Shown: positions 9,857 through 21,520 of the stretch, in pieces
How the letters are laid out: each line of letters begins with the position of its first letter
Numbering within the stretch: position 1 is the first letter of the stretch
Source: Janthinobacterium lividum
GTDB lineage: Bacteria; Pseudomonadota; Gammaproteobacteria; Enterobacterales; Enterobacteriaceae
Length of the DNA stretch: 64,000 nt
Assembly (NCBI GenBank): GCA_050954235.1
Contig: JBPBPJ010000050.1
Span: forward strand, 3,974-67,973
Direction: 5' to 3'
Program-made: the position numbers and the translations under genes
The notes under the pieces: generated by a model
The model's database searches: none
Told to the model about the DNA's origin: nothing
Seen by the model: the letters and a program-made list of their open reading frames with translations, nothing else

Positions 9857-11377
9857 TTAATATACTTTTTCTTTTAAAATTGGAAATAGTATAACATCTT
9901 TGATATTTTTTTGATTAGTTAAAATCATGATTAATCTATCAATACCAATTCCTAAACCGGATGTAGGTGGTAATCCGTGTTCTAAAGCGGTAATATAATC
10001 TTGATCATAATAAAAATTTTTTAAAAATTCTACATTTTTTTTTTGTGATTTTTGTAATTTAAAACGTCTTTTTTGTTCTTCCGGATCATTTAGTTCAGAA
10101 AAACCATTAGCTATTTCATAACCTGCTATAAAAAATTCAAATCTATCTGTAATATTTTTATTTATACTATTAGTTTTCGCTAAAGGAGAAATTTCTACGG
10201 GATATTCAGTAATAAATGTTGGTGCTATTATTTTTTTTTCTGTTTTTTTTTCAAAAATTAAATAAATTATTTCTCCTAATGAAGTGCATGTATTTGTATT
10301 TAAGTGTAGTTTTTGTGCTATTTTTTTAGCTTTTTCTAGTTTTTTTAAATCAGATTTTTTAATATTTTTGTTAAATTTTAATATTGCTTGTATCATAGTC
10401 ATTTTTTTTATTGGTTGTTTAAAATTTAATTGGTATTTACCATATGTAAAAATATATGAATTAAAAATTTTTTTTATTAAAAACATACATAGTTTTTCTA
10501 CAAAAGACATCATATTAGTATATTGACTATACGATAAGTAAACTTCCATCATAGTAAATTCTGGACTATGCTGTGTTGATAATCCTTCATTTCTAAAATT
10601 TCTATTTATTTCAAAAATTTTATTAAAACCACCGATAATTAATCTTTTTAAATATAGTTCAGGAGAGACTCGTAAATACATTTTTTTATTTAAGGAATTA
10701 TGGTAAGTAACAAATGGTTTTGCATTAGCTCCTCCAGGAATAGGATGCATCATTGGTGTTTCAACTTCTAAAAAATTTTCTTGTTTCATAAATGTACGAA
10801 TATTTGAAATAATAGAGGATCTTTGTTCAAAAATTCTTGTAGTTTGAATATTAGATATAAGATCTAAGTATCTTTTTCTATATTTTAGTTCTTTTTTTTG
10901 TAGTCCTTGGAATTTATCTGGTAATGGTCTTAAAGATTTTGTTAATAAATATATTTTTTCACAATAAATAGATAGTTCTAATGTATGAGTTTTAAATAGC
11001 TTTCCTTTTACTCCAATTATATCTCCTAAATCTAATTCTAAAATATGATTTTTATAGTAATCTTGTGTAAATAAATTACTTTTTATATATATTTGAATTG
11101 TATGATGATTACCGTATATTACTAAGAATGCAGCTTTTCCTAAAATTCTTTTCTTTATAATTCTCCCAGCAATTTTAACTATATAACATAATTTATCTAA
11201 ATCATCTTTTGTATTGTTTTGATATGTATTTAAAATATCTTTAATGTTATTTGTACAACTAAAAGTATTAGGAAAATCGAAACCTAGTTGACGTAATTGA
11301 AATAATTTTTTTTTTCTTGTATAAACTTCGTTTTTTGATGATTTCTTTTTTTTTTTTTCTTGAATTGTTTTTGACAT
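9857..11377 (-). CDS. lysS: Lysine--tRNA ligase (class II)
   Basis: FLEVETPMM, FRNEG, HSPEFTMME, GIGIDRL motifs. Confidence 0.98.
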   Translation of the reverse strand: MSKTIQEKKKKKSSKNEVYTRKKKLFQLRQLGFDFPNTFSCTNNIKDILNTYQNNTKDDLDKLCYIVKIAGRIIKKRILGKAAFLVIYGNHHTIQIYIKSNLFTQDYYKNHILELDLGDIIGVKGKLFKTHTLELSIYCEKIYLLTKSLRPLPDKFQGLQKKELKYRKRYLDLISNIQTTRIFEQRSSIISNIRTFMKQENFLEVETPMMHPIPGGANAKPFVTYHNSLNKKMYLRVSPELYLKRLIIGGFNKIFEINRNFRNEGLSTQHSPEFTMMEVYLSYSQYTNMMSFVEKLCMFLIKKIFNSYIFTYGKYQLNFKQPIKKMTMIQAILKFNKNIKKSDLKKLEKAKKIAQKLHLNTNTCTSLGEIIYLIFEKKTEKKIIAPTFITEYPVEISPLAKTNSINKNITDRFEFFIAGYEIANGFSELNDPEEQKRRFKLQKSQKKNVEFLKNFYYDQDYITALEHGLPPTSGLGIGIDRLIMILTNQKNIKDVILFPILKEKVY

Positions 11378-11386
11378 ATTTTATTT

Positions 11387-12494
11387 TTATAATCCTATTT
11401 TTAAACTAGTTTTAATAAATTGATGTAAATCACCATTTAAAATTTGATATACATCATTTCTTTCTATTTTAGTTCGGATATCTTTTATTCTAGAATCATC
11501 TAATATATATGAACGAATTTGGTTTCCCCATCGAATACTAGGTTTTTTTGTATTTGTTTTTTTTTTTTCTATTTTTTTTTTTTCTGTTTCTATTCGATAT
11601 AATTTAGATGTTAATTGTTTTAAAGCGGCATGTTTATTTTTATGTTGAGATCTTTCATTTTGACACTGTGTTACAATACCTGTTGGTATATGCGTAATGC
11701 GTACAGCAGATTCTGTTTTATTGACGTGTTGTCCTCCTGCTCCTGAAGATCGGTAGACATCGATTCTTAGATTTTTCGGTTGAATATCTATATGAATATT
11801 ATTTTTTAGTTCAGGATACACAAATACAGAACTAAACGAAGTATGTCTTTTGTTACTTGTATCAAAAGGACTTTTTCGTACTAATCTATGTATACCTGTT
11901 TCAGTTCTAAACCAACCAAATGCATATTCACCTTTAATTTTTAATGTAATAGATTTTATACCACCTGTTTCTCCTGCTGATTGGGATATAATTTTACTTT
12001 TGAATTTTTTATTAAATGAATATTTTAAATACATTTTTAATAACATTTTTGTCCAATCTTGTGATTCAATTCCTCCTGATCCTGATTGTATATCTATATA
12101 ACAATTATTATGGTCATGTTTGTTGTCAAACATGGTGTATATTTCTAGTTTTTTTAGTTTTTTTTTAAGTTTTTTGTATTGTATATTAATTTCTTTTTCA
12201 ATAGTTTTATCGGGTTCTTGTACAAATATTTTTATCCAATACTCTATATCTTGTAATATATTGGTGATTTGCATAATGTCATTTTTATTCTTAGATAAAA
12301 TATTTTTTTTTTTGTATAAATGTGATGTTAATTTAGAATTTTTATAAATTTTTAAATTTTTTAGTTTAATGTCAATAGATTGAATTTTTTTTTTGTTGTT
12401 AACATAGTCAAAGATTCCTCTTTAATAATATTATTTTTTTTTTAGATAGTTGTATTTTTTTAATTAAAGTAGATAAATTTAATGTTTTTTTCAT
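11387..12494 (-). CDS. prfB: Peptide chain release factor 2, with programmed +1 frameshift at 12410
   Basis: A 28-codon ORF from ATG 12494 ends AAG AGG AAT CTT TGA C. The +1 frame (GAC TAT GTT...) is open and joins the 11387..12274 ORF, which has the SPF and GGQ motifs. Confidence 0.95.
12407..12422 (-). other. prfB +1 ribosomal frameshift signal: internal SD-like AAGAGG, 3-nt spacer, CTT TGA C
   Basis: Read directly from the reverse complement; canonical CUU-UGA-C slippery-stop architecture. Confidence 0.9.
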
Positions 12495-12701
12495 TTTTAT
12501 TTTTTTAAAAGTTTTAGTTATATATTTGATTTTTTAAAACATGTATAGTTTTTATTTTTTTTAATTTAGTATATTAATTAATATATAATATTTTATATGA
12601 CTGTTATTATATAATAATTTTTATATAAATTTTAATTATTGTATCATATCATATGACTATACTATAAAAAACATCTAAAAGGTTTTCTTAGAGAGTAATT
12701 T

Positions 12702-13667
12702 ATGCAAAATAATTCAAATATTTATCTGAGTAATAATTTACCTAATATGTACATGCGGTTAAATGGTTGGTCTATAGTTCGTGTTTCAGGATTAGATAAA
12801 AAAAAATATTTAAATAATCAATTTACAATAGATATGAATTTAATTGATAAGTATAATTATAAAATTGGAACTCATTGTAATATTAATGGAAAAGTATGGA
12901 CTTCATTTTTTATATTTAAATATTATGATTTTTATTTATATATTGTACGGTCTTCAATTTGTAAGAAACATTTATGTGAATTAAAAAAATATTCCTTATT
13001 TTCTAAAGTAGATATTTTTAAAGATAATAGTTTTCGTTTATTTGGTTTGTGTGGTAGAAATTCAGATTTTATATTAAAAGATGTTTTATCTATCAGATTT
13101 AATAAACATACTTCAGTAATTGTACGAGATGGTTTAGTTGTTTTAAAAATTGATCAACCTGTTAATAGATATTTAATTTTAGTGCATGAAAACAAAATAG
13201 AAAATTTTTTAACATGTATGAAGTATAGAGTTTTATTGGGTATTAGTATGCAATGGTTAGCATTAGATATTGAAGCATGTTTTCCTATAATTGATAAAAA
13301 AATATCTGGTTATTTTATATTACAATCTTTAGATTTAAAAAAATGGAATGCTATTGATTTTAATAAAGGTTGTTATTATGGACAAGAAGTATTGTGTAAA
13401 TATGAAAATAAAAAAATTAATAAATTTACAGTTTGTTCATTAATAGGTAATAATTCTTCTTGCCATCCTAATGTCTTTGAATCCGTTGAATACCTAGATA
13501 ATAATTCTGGTTACAAATATCATGTTGGTGTAGTTTTATCTTGGGTATATATATATCCTAAAAAAATATTATTACAAATTCGCATAAAAAAAATTTTTTT
13601 AAAAAAAAAAAATATTTTCTTTATACAATCAAATCCATCTGTTAATTTTTTTATATTTACTAAATAA
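12702..13667 (+). CDS. ygfZ: Folate-binding Fe-S/tRNA-modifying protein YgfZ
   Basis: KGCYYGQE signature; adjacent to prfB. Confidence 0.93.
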   Translation: MQNNSNIYLSNNLPNMYMRLNGWSIVRVSGLDKKKYLNNQFTIDMNLIDKYNYKIGTHCNINGKVWTSFFIFKYYDFYLYIVRSSICKKHLCELKKYSLFSKVDIFKDNSFRLFGLCGRNSDFILKDVLSIRFNKHTSVIVRDGLVVLKIDQPVNRYLILVHENKIENFLTCMKYRVLLGISMQWLALDIEACFPIIDKKISGYFILQSLDLKKWNAIDFNKGCYYGQEVLCKYENKKINKFTVCSLIGNNSSCHPNVFESVEYLDNNSGYKYHVGVVLSWVYIYPKKILLQIRIKKIFLKKKNIFFIQSNPSVNFFIFTK

Positions 13668-13911
13668 TTAATTTCTATAATAATTTTTTAAAATAGAAAT
13701 TAATTAAACATAAAAAATTAAAAAAGTAATATTTGAATAATTTATATAAAAAATTATAATAATAAATTTTAAAAAAATATTGAAATTAAATTTATATTAT
13801 ATATATTTTATATAATATTTATTATTATTTAAATTATCTTTTTAGTAAAATTTTTTAGATTTTTATTTTTTAAGAAATTGTTTATTTATTTTCTATGATA
13901 GTTTTTTTACA

Positions 13912-13944
13912 AAAAGAATCTTTTTAAGACATAAAGATTCTTTT
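13912..13944. terminator. 12-bp hairpin between convergent ygfZ and typA; probable terminator
   Basis: aaaagaatcttt, 9-nt loop, aaagattctttt is a perfect inverted repeat. Confidence 0.55.
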
Positions 13945-13995
13945 CAGTAATTGTCAATAATATAAATTATATATAATTTATATTATTATTAATAA

Positions 13996-15822
13996 TTAAT
14001 AATCACGAGTATTATTTTTTTTACTTTTTTTTCTATCATTTTCTTTGAGTAGTAATTTTCTTAATCGTATTGAACGAGGAGTTACTTCTATTAGTTCATC
14101 ATCATTTACAAAATTTAAAGCATATTCTAATGTAATGTTTATTGGTTTAGTTAAAGTAATAGCTTCATCAGTTCCAGAAGCACGCATATTTGTTAATTTT
14201 TTTCCCGTTAAGCAATTTACAGTTAAATCGTTAGATCGGTTATGTATTCCTACAATTTGTCCTTCATATACTTCTTCTCCGTGATGAATAAACATTTTAC
14301 CTCTATTTTGAAGATTATGAATAGAAAAAGATACAGCAGTTCCGGTTTCTTTAGAAATAAGAACTCCGTTTTTTCTTTGTCCAAATTGTTTTTGTTGTAA
14401 TGGTCCATAATGATTAATAGATGAAAAAAAAGTACCGCTGCCTGAAGTAAGATTCATAAATTCAGATCTGAATCCAATTAAAGATCTACTAGATAAAATG
14501 CATTCAATTTGAATTCTGCCATACTCACTAGTTATTATATTCTGTATTTCACCTCTTAATTCACCTAATTTTTGTATTAACGGTCCTTGATGTTTTTTTT
14601 CAATGTCTAGTAATGTTATTTCAAACGGTTCAGTTAATACATTATTTTTATTTTTAAAAATTACTGTGGGTCTGGATACTTCTATTTCAAAATTTTCTCT
14701 ACGTAGTTGCTCCAATAAAATAGATAAATGTAATTCTCCTCTACCAGAAACAGAAAAAATGTTTGAATTTTTAGTTTCTTCTACAGTTAAAGAAATATTA
14801 CGAATAGTTTCTTTTTTTAATCGTTCTAAAATTTGACGAGATGTTATATATTTTCCTTCTCTACCACAAAAAGGTGATTGATTGACACAAAATAACATTT
14901 TTACAGTAGGTTCATCAATTTGCAAGTTTGGTAAAGGATATAAAAATTCTGGATCACAAATAGTATCTGATATTTCAATGTTATTAAGTCCTGTAATCGC
15001 AATAATATCACCAGCATAGGCTGTATCTATATTTTTTTGTTTTAATCCATAGAATTTTAATATATTTTGAATTTTTCCTGTGTAAATTTTTTTTTTATTT
15101 CGTAATACTGAAACCATTTGGTTACTTTTTAACTTTCCTTGTCGTATTTTTCCGATTCCAATCATGCCAAAATAATTATTGAAATCTAATTGTGACAGTT
15201 GCATTTGAAAAAAATTTTTTTTTGATATGTTAGGTATCGGAGTGTATTCTATAATAGAATTTAATAAAGGGACCATATTATTTTGTATATTATCAGGATC
15301 ATATCCCGATTGACCTAATAATGCCGAAGTATATATTATAGGAAAATCTAACTGTTCATCACTAGCAGATAAATTGACAAATAAATCAAATATTTGATTG
15401 ATTACCCAATCTGGTCGAATAGTAGGTCTATCCATTTTATTAATAACTACTATTGGTTTTATTTTATATAGAAATGATTTTTTGGTTACATAACGTGTTT
15501 GAGGCATAGGTCCTTCAAAAGCATCTACAACTAGTAGAACAGAATCTACCATAGATAAAATTCTTTCTACCTCTCCTCCAAAATCGGCATGTCCTGGAGT
15601 ATCGATAATGTTTATATGATAATTTTTCCACGTTATCGACGTATGTTTAGATAATATTGTTATACCTCTTTCTTTTTCTAATTCGTTAGAATCCATTATT
15701 CTATCAATTTTTTCTTCATGTTGTTGAAATGTACCGGATTGTTGCAATAATTGATCTAGTAGTGTTGTTTTTCCATGATCAACGTGAGCAATAATAGCAA
15801 TATTTCTAATCATTTTATTCAT
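13996..15822 (-). CDS. typA: Translational GTPase TypA/BipA
   Basis: [43 protein letters not shown]. Confidence 0.98.
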   Translation of the reverse strand: MNKMIRNIAIIAHVDHGKTTLLDQLLQQSGTFQQHEEKIDRIMDSNELEKERGITILSKHTSITWKNYHINIIDTPGHADFGGEVERILSMVDSVLLVVDAFEGPMPQTRYVTKKSFLYKIKPIVVINKMDRPTIRPDWVINQIFDLFVNLSASDEQLDFPIIYTSALLGQSGYDPDNIQNNMVPLLNSIIEYTPIPNISKKNFFQMQLSQLDFNNYFGMIGIGKIRQGKLKSNQMVSVLRNKKKIYTGKIQNILKFYGLKQKNIDTAYAGDIIAITGLNNIEISDTICDPEFLYPLPNLQIDEPTVKMLFCVNQSPFCGREGKYITSRQILERLKKETIRNISLTVEETKNSNIFSVSGRGELHLSILLEQLRRENFEIEVSRPTVIFKNKNNVLTEPFEITLLDIEKKHQGPLIQKLGELRGEIQNIITSEYGRIQIECILSSRSLIGFRSEFMNLTSGSGTFFSSINHYGPLQQKQFGQRKNGVLISKETGTAVSFSIHNLQNRGKMFIHHGEEVYEGQIVGIHNRSNDLTVNCLTGKKLTNMRASGTDEAITLTKPINITLEYALNFVNDDELIEVTPRSIRLRKLLLKENDRKKSKKNNTRDY

Positions 15823-16180
15823 ATAGATACCAATTTTTTATTAATTATTAAATGAACACGTAAGTTAAAATTCGGTATGAAAGAAAAAATATTGTTTTTT
15901 ATTATCAATATAATTTTTAAAATTATAATTTTTATGATTTTTTTTATTTAAAATAATAATATAATATTATTTATAGATATTTAATACAAAATATTTTTTT
16001 AATAAAACGACAGTATTTACATATCGTATTGAATAGATATGATGGTATCTTCTTAATTTTAGTATTTATAGTGTATAATTATATTTTTATTTTACAATAT
16101 TTTTCTAATATATGAATTATTATTTTTAAACTAATTATTTATGTCTTAGTTATGATATATTAATAAGGATAATATTTGTT

Positions 16181-16792
16181 GTGAATAATATGAAATTTGA
16201 TAAAACATCTTTTTTAAAAAGTATTATTAATACTTGTGAATTAGAAGATTTTTCTGGAATAGAAGTTGCAGTTTTAGGTTATTCTAATTCTGGAAAATCT
16301 AGTTTATTAAATGTATTAACTAATAATAAAAAATTAGCTCGAGTAAGTAAATTACCGGGTAGAACTAGAACTATAAATATCTTTAATGTTACATCAGATT
16401 TTAGAATGATAGATTTTCCAGGATATGGATATTCTACAATAAATTTACTAACTAAAAAATTACTTGATAAAAGTCTATTTTTTTATTTACGTCATAGACT
16501 ATGTTTGCACGGTGTTGTAATATTATCTGATATTCGTTATTCTTTAAAATTATTAGATTTAAAGATTTTAAAAATTTTGCAAAAAAGATTAGTTTCAATT
16601 TTATTTGTTTTAACTAAATCTGATAAAATTTCTAAACAAAAAAAAATAATCCAAATTTCACAAATTCGTAAAAAAATATCTATTTTAAATATGGATATTA
16701 CTGTTTTGAGTTTTTCTAAATTTAGTAAATTAGATATTTCAGTTATTCGATATCATTTATCTTTATGGTATCATTTATTTTATAACAGATAA
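16181..16792 (+). CDS. engB: GTP-binding protein EngB/YihA
   Basis: G1 GYSNSGKSS, G2 PGRT, G3 DFPGYG, G4 TKSD. Its 3' end overlaps convergent polA by 18 nt. Confidence 0.95.
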   Translation: MNNMKFDKTSFLKSIINTCELEDFSGIEVAVLGYSNSGKSSLLNVLTNNKKLARVSKLPGRTRTINIFNVTSDFRMIDFPGYGYSTINLLTKKLLDKSLFFYLRHRLCLHGVVILSDIRYSLKLLDLKILKILQKRLVSILFVLTKSDKISKQKKIIQISQIRKKISILNMDITVLSFSKFSKLDISVIRYHLSLWYHLFYNR

Positions 16793-19465
16793 TATACAAG
16801 ATTTCATTTCTTTCCAATTTCTTCCTGTTTTAATGGATACGTATAATGGAACTATTAATTTAGTACTGTTTTCCATGTGATATTTAATTAAATGAGTAAA
16901 TTTAGATATTTTTTCTTCTTTTATTTCGAATATTAATTCATCATGTATTTGCATAAGTATTTTTATATCATTAGGATATTTTTTTTGAAATATGTTTTGT
17001 AATTTAATCATAGAAGTTTTAATTATATCTGAAGCAGTATTTTGTATAATCACATTGATACAAAAACGTTTTGCGTTATTTTTTAATTTTTGATTTTTTG
17101 AATTAATATTAGGAATATATATTTTTCTTCCAAATAATGTTTTTACATACTCTTTTTTTTTAGCAAAATTATATGTATATTTTATATATTTTTTAATTGT
17201 TTTGTATGTTAAAAAATAGTTTTTTATATACTTTCTCGCTTCATAGATGGGAATATTGAGTTTTTGAGATAGACCAAAAGAACTAATTCCGTATAATATT
17301 GAAAAATTTACAATTTTAGCAATATTTCTATGATGAGATTTTATTTTATTATCGCTAATATTAAATATATGTTTAGCAGAATTATAATGTATATCTTGAG
17401 TATATGATAAATCTTTTATCATTTTTTTATCATTTGAATAATGTGCCATGATTCTTAATTCGATATGAGAATAATCTGCCGTTAATAATAACCATTTTTT
17501 TTTTGCAATAAATGCTATTCGAAGTTTTCTTCCTATTTTAGTTTTAATTGGAATGTTTTGTAAATTAGGATTGCTGGAAGATAATCGACCGGTTGATGTT
17601 GAGTCTTGGTGATATGTAGTGTGAATTCTTTTCGTGTTCACATTTACTGATTGCATTAATTTTTTTAAATAAGTATTTTTTAGTTTTTTTAATATTCTAT
17701 ATTGTAAAATAATTTTGGGTAATTTATGAATTTTAGATAGTTCCATAAGAACTGTTTCGTCAGTAGAAATATTACCAGTTTTTGTTTTTTTAAAGTATGG
17801 AAAATTATATTTTTTAAATAAAATTTTTTGTAATTGTTTAGGAGAGTTAATATTGAATTTTTCTTGAGTTATAAAATATATTTTTTTTTCAAGTTTCAAT
17901 AATGTATTATTGATTTTTTTTTTTTGTTTTTCTAATATTCTTTTCTTTATTAATACACCAGTATGTTCCATAGTAGATAGTACTTGTATTAAAGGTATGT
18001 CAATAGATCTAAATGATTTTTTAGGGTTAATAGTTAAATATTTTATATTTTGAAAATATTTTTGTATTGGTTCTAAAGATTTTTGAATAACATTAAAAAT
18101 TATTGTTTTTGAGTTAAAAATACTATTCTTAGTTATTTTTTTTTGTAAGGTTTTTTTTTTACATTTTTTTTTATTATTACTTAATTGATAATAATATAAT
18201 GCAATTGATGTATCAAAATATATTCCTGTTAATGTAATATCAAATTTTTTTAAAATATGAAAAATTTTTTTTAAATTTGTTCCGATTTTATGGTATTTTT
18301 CGTTTTCTAGAATAGATTTTATTTTTTTTAAAATTATATTTGGAGTTATTGTGCATGTGTTAATTTTTTTTTGATCATGAATATACCACCATGTTGTATA
18401 ATTAGTAACGGATATGGAGATATAAAAAAAATTTTTTTTTTCTTTATTTATATAAGAGTCTATTGCAATAGAAAATATTTTTTTATGAATAATGGTATTT
18501 ATCATTTTTGATATAATATCAGTATTTACTATTTCAATTTGTATATTTTTGTTTTTTTTTTTGTGATACTTATTAAGAATAGGAAATTGATTTTTATATA
18601 TTTGTTTAATGTATTTACTAAATTGATAATATTTAAAATATTTTAATAATAAAGGTATATCTATGTTATTTTTTTTTAAATATGATGATATATTTTTTAT
18701 ATAAATATTTTGGTTTATTTTAGTAAGACAGTATGATAGAAAGGCTATTTTTTTGTTTTTTTGCAAACTATTTATAATATTTTTTATATTTCTTATGGGT
18801 AGATGAGCAATATGGTTTATATTTTTATATATATCTGATATGGAGGAGAAATTTTTTAAAAGTACAGCAGCTGTTTTTTTTCCTATGCCAGGAACACCAG
18901 GAATGTTATCAGAAGAATCACCTGTTAATCCTAAAAAATCTGCCATACATGTTGCATGTACCCCATATTTTTTGTATACATGTGTTTCATTTAATACTTC
19001 TTTGATAAAATTTCCCGGGATAATAGATACATTTTTATTTACTAATTGTGTTAAATCTTTGTCTGCACTGTATATAAATATATAATATTTTTTGCTTGTA
19101 AATTTTTTAGACAAACTACCAATAATATCATCAGCTTCAATATTTTTTATATTGATTATTGGTATTCCTAGTAATTGAATGATTTTTTTTAGAGGTTTTA
19201 TTTGTTTTTTTAAGTTACCGGGCATTGGTTTTCTGTGTTTTTTATATTTATTATATAATTGATGTCGAAATGTTGATTTAGGAGTATCAAAAATAATTAT
19301 GATGTTTTTAGGATTAAATATTTCTATTAACTTATTAAATATTTTAATACATCCATATAATATTCCAGTTGAATCTCCATTTTTATTTTTTAATTTTAAA
19401 TAAGAAAAATATGTTTGATATAAACAATAGTTTCCATCAATTAATATAATTGTTTTTTTTGTCAT
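16775..19465 (-). CDS. polA: DNA polymerase I (5' nuclease and polymerase domains; 3'-5' exonuclease domain degenerate)
   Basis: LIDGN, EADD, GDSSDNIPGVPGIGKKTA; TGRLSSSNPNLQNIP, DYSHIELR, HDEL. Likely start is ATG 19465; the ORF track extends to TTG 19651. Confidence 0.96.
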   Translation of the reverse strand: MTKKTIILIDGNYCLYQTYFSYLKLKNKNGDSTGILYGCIKIFNKLIEIFNPKNIIIIFDTPKSTFRHQLYNKYKKHRKPMPGNLKKQIKPLKKIIQLLGIPIINIKNIEADDIIGSLSKKFTSKKYYIFIYSADKDLTQLVNKNVSIIPGNFIKEVLNETHVYKKYGVHATCMADFLGLTGDSSDNIPGVPGIGKKTAAVLLKNFSSISDIYKNINHIAHLPIRNIKNIINSLQKNKKIAFLSYCLTKINQNIYIKNISSYLKKNNIDIPLLLKYFKYYQFSKYIKQIYKNQFPILNKYHKKKNKNIQIEIVNTDIISKMINTIIHKKIFSIAIDSYINKEKKNFFYISISVTNYTTWWYIHDQKKINTCTITPNIILKKIKSILENEKYHKIGTNLKKIFHILKKFDITLTGIYFDTSIALYYYQLSNNKKKCKKKTLQKKITKNSIFNSKTIIFNVIQKSLEPIQKYFQNIKYLTINPKKSFRSIDIPLIQVLSTMEHTGVLIKKRILEKQKKKINNTLLKLEKKIYFITQEKFNINSPKQLQKILFKKYNFPYFKKTKTGNISTDETVLMELSKIHKLPKIILQYRILKKLKNTYLKKLMQSVNVNTKRIHTTYHQDSTSTGRLSSSNPNLQNIPIKTKIGRKLRIAFIAKKKWLLLTADYSHIELRIMAHYSNDKKMIKDLSYTQDIHYNSAKHIFNISDNKIKSHHRNIAKIVNFSILYGISSFGLSQKLNIPIYEARKYIKNYFLTYKTIKKYIKYTYNFAKKKEYVKTLFGRKIYIPNINSKNQKLKNNAKRFCINVIIQNTASDIIKTSMIKLQNIFQKKYPNDIKILMQIHDELIFEIKEEKISKFTHLIKYHMENSTKLIVPLYVSIKTGRNWKEMKSCILSVIK

Positions 19466-19814
19466 TTTTTTTCTACTGTATTTATAGTTATATAAATCAT
19501 CAATGAAAAATATTGAAATGTATAATACTAAAAATTTTTTAAATATTATGATTATATTTTTATTTTCAGGATAATAAAATTTATAATGGTTTTTTTTATA
19601 TAAATTTCTATTATGTTTTTGAAAAATATTAATTTTATAAAATTTATGCAATAATGTATCTTTTTTATCACCTTAATGAATAGTTTATCTATATATAACA
19701 TATAAATTAACAATAATTTAGTTATATTATATTATATTATTGTGGTTCATAAATATTAAATTTATGTTTTTTAAAAAATCATATGTATTTTTATACATAT
19801 TAATAGCTATTTTT

Positions 19815-19835
19815 AATAGGGGTTATACCCCTATT
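19815..19835. terminator. 9-bp hairpin just downstream of eno
   Basis: aataggggt tat acccctatt is a perfect inverted repeat; GC-rich core in an otherwise AT-rich spacer. Confidence 0.55.
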
Positions 19836-19874
19836 TCATAAACAATAATATTTATTGTATATTCTAAATTATAT

Positions 19875-21188
19875 TTAATTTTGGGCGTATGGATTAAATA
19901 TATTCAATTGCTCTTCTGGTAGTTGATTGTTAAGTTTCATAAACTCTTCTATTCTAATTAATCTATTATATTTTGCTGTTCTGTCCGATCTGCACATTGA
20001 ACCCGTTTTTATTTGTCCTGAAGATGTACCGACAGATAAATCAGCAATACTAGTATCCTCTGTTTCTCCGGATCGGTGAGATATAATAACAGAGTACTTA
20101 TTTTTTTTAGCTAAACGAATAGTTTCTAAAGTTTCTGTTAATGTTCCTATTTGATTTAATTTGACCAAAATTGCGTTTGCGGCTTTATTTTTTATTCCAT
20201 AACTTAAAATTTTTTTATTTGTTACAAACAAATCATCTCCTACTAACTGTATAGTTTTTCCTAAAATCTGTGTTTGATGTATAAATCCTTTCCAATCATT
20301 CTCATGTAAGCCATCTTCTATTGATAAAATGGGATATTTTTTAGTTAATTTCTGAAGGTAATAGGTAAATTCTTGTGAATTAAATGTTTTTTTTTCATTT
20401 TCTAACTTGTATTTTTTTGTTTTTTTATCAAACAATTCTGATGCAGCGCAGTCTATAGCAAAAACTACATCCTCTCCTAATTTGTAATTTGCTTTTTCTA
20501 CAGCTAAACTCATGATAGATAAAGCTTCTTCATTAGACTGTAAATTAGGAGCATAACCCCCTTCATCTCCAACACAAGTTGTATATCCTTTATTTTTTAA
20601 TATTATACCTAAAGTATGAAATACTTCTGATCCTATACGAATAGCTTGCTTAATGTTAACAGCTCCTATTGGTTGTATCATAAATTCTTGAAGATCAATA
20701 TTGTTGTTGGCATGCATACCTCCGTTAATTATATTAATCATAGGAAGGGGTAAAGAAAATTTATTGTTTGATCCATTAAGTTCAGCAATATAGGAATAAA
20801 ACGGAACTCTATTTTCTGCGGCAACAGATTTTGCAAGAGCTAATGATACTGATAAAATTGCATTTGCACCAAATTTTGATTTGTTAGGTGTGCCATCTAA
20901 ATTTATTAGGTGATTGTCTATTTCTTTTTGCTCGTCAGCTTTTTTACCTAACAAACTCCTTCTTATTTCCGTATTTACGTACTTTACTGCTTTTTTTACT
21001 CCTTTGCCAAAAAAACGTTTAAAATCTCCGTCTCTTAATTCCAATGCTTCCTTAGACCCTGTAGATGCTCCAGATGGAGCAGAGGCCAATCCAATGTGTC
21101 CACTATTTAAGTGAATTTCAGTTTCAATAGTTGGATATCCACGTGAATCTAATATTTCGCGAGCAAATATTTTTTTTATTTTTGACAT
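19875..21188 (-). CDS. eno: Enolase
   Basis: [39 protein letters not shown]. Start moved to ATG 21188. Confidence 0.98.
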   Translation of the reverse strand: MSKIKKIFAREILDSRGYPTIETEIHLNSGHIGLASAPSGASTGSKEALELRDGDFKRFFGKGVKKAVKYVNTEIRRSLLGKKADEQKEIDNHLINLDGTPNKSKFGANAILSVSLALAKSVAAENRVPFYSYIAELNGSNNKFSLPLPMINIINGGMHANNNIDLQEFMIQPIGAVNIKQAIRIGSEVFHTLGIILKNKGYTTCVGDEGGYAPNLQSNEEALSIMSLAVEKANYKLGEDVVFAIDCAASELFDKKTKKYKLENEKKTFNSQEFTYYLQKLTKKYPILSIEDGLHENDWKGFIHQTQILGKTIQLVGDDLFVTNKKILSYGIKNKAANAILVKLNQIGTLTETLETIRLAKKNKYSVIISHRSGETEDTSIADLSVGTSSGQIKTGSMCRSDRTAKYNRLIRIEEFMKLNNQLPEEQLNIFNPYAQN

Positions 21189-21520
21189 GTTATTATTCCG
21201 TATGTGTAATTTTTTATAAAGATACAATATTAATGATTATTCAATTAATACTTTTATATATAAATTAAACTATTAGATAATTATTATAACTTGATTATAA
21301 AGTTTTTAGTTTTGTATAAAAAAATAATAGTTATGTATATTATTTTACAAAAATAGTATTTTTATTTATATCAATATTAGTAATAAGGTAATTGTTGACA
21401 CTGATATATATTATTATTGTATATTTTATAAAAAAATGATTTTTATTAACAAAATTAATATTTAGTATTATAAATTTTATAAAATTAAATGAATATTTAA
21501 TAACATTAAACAAATACAAC

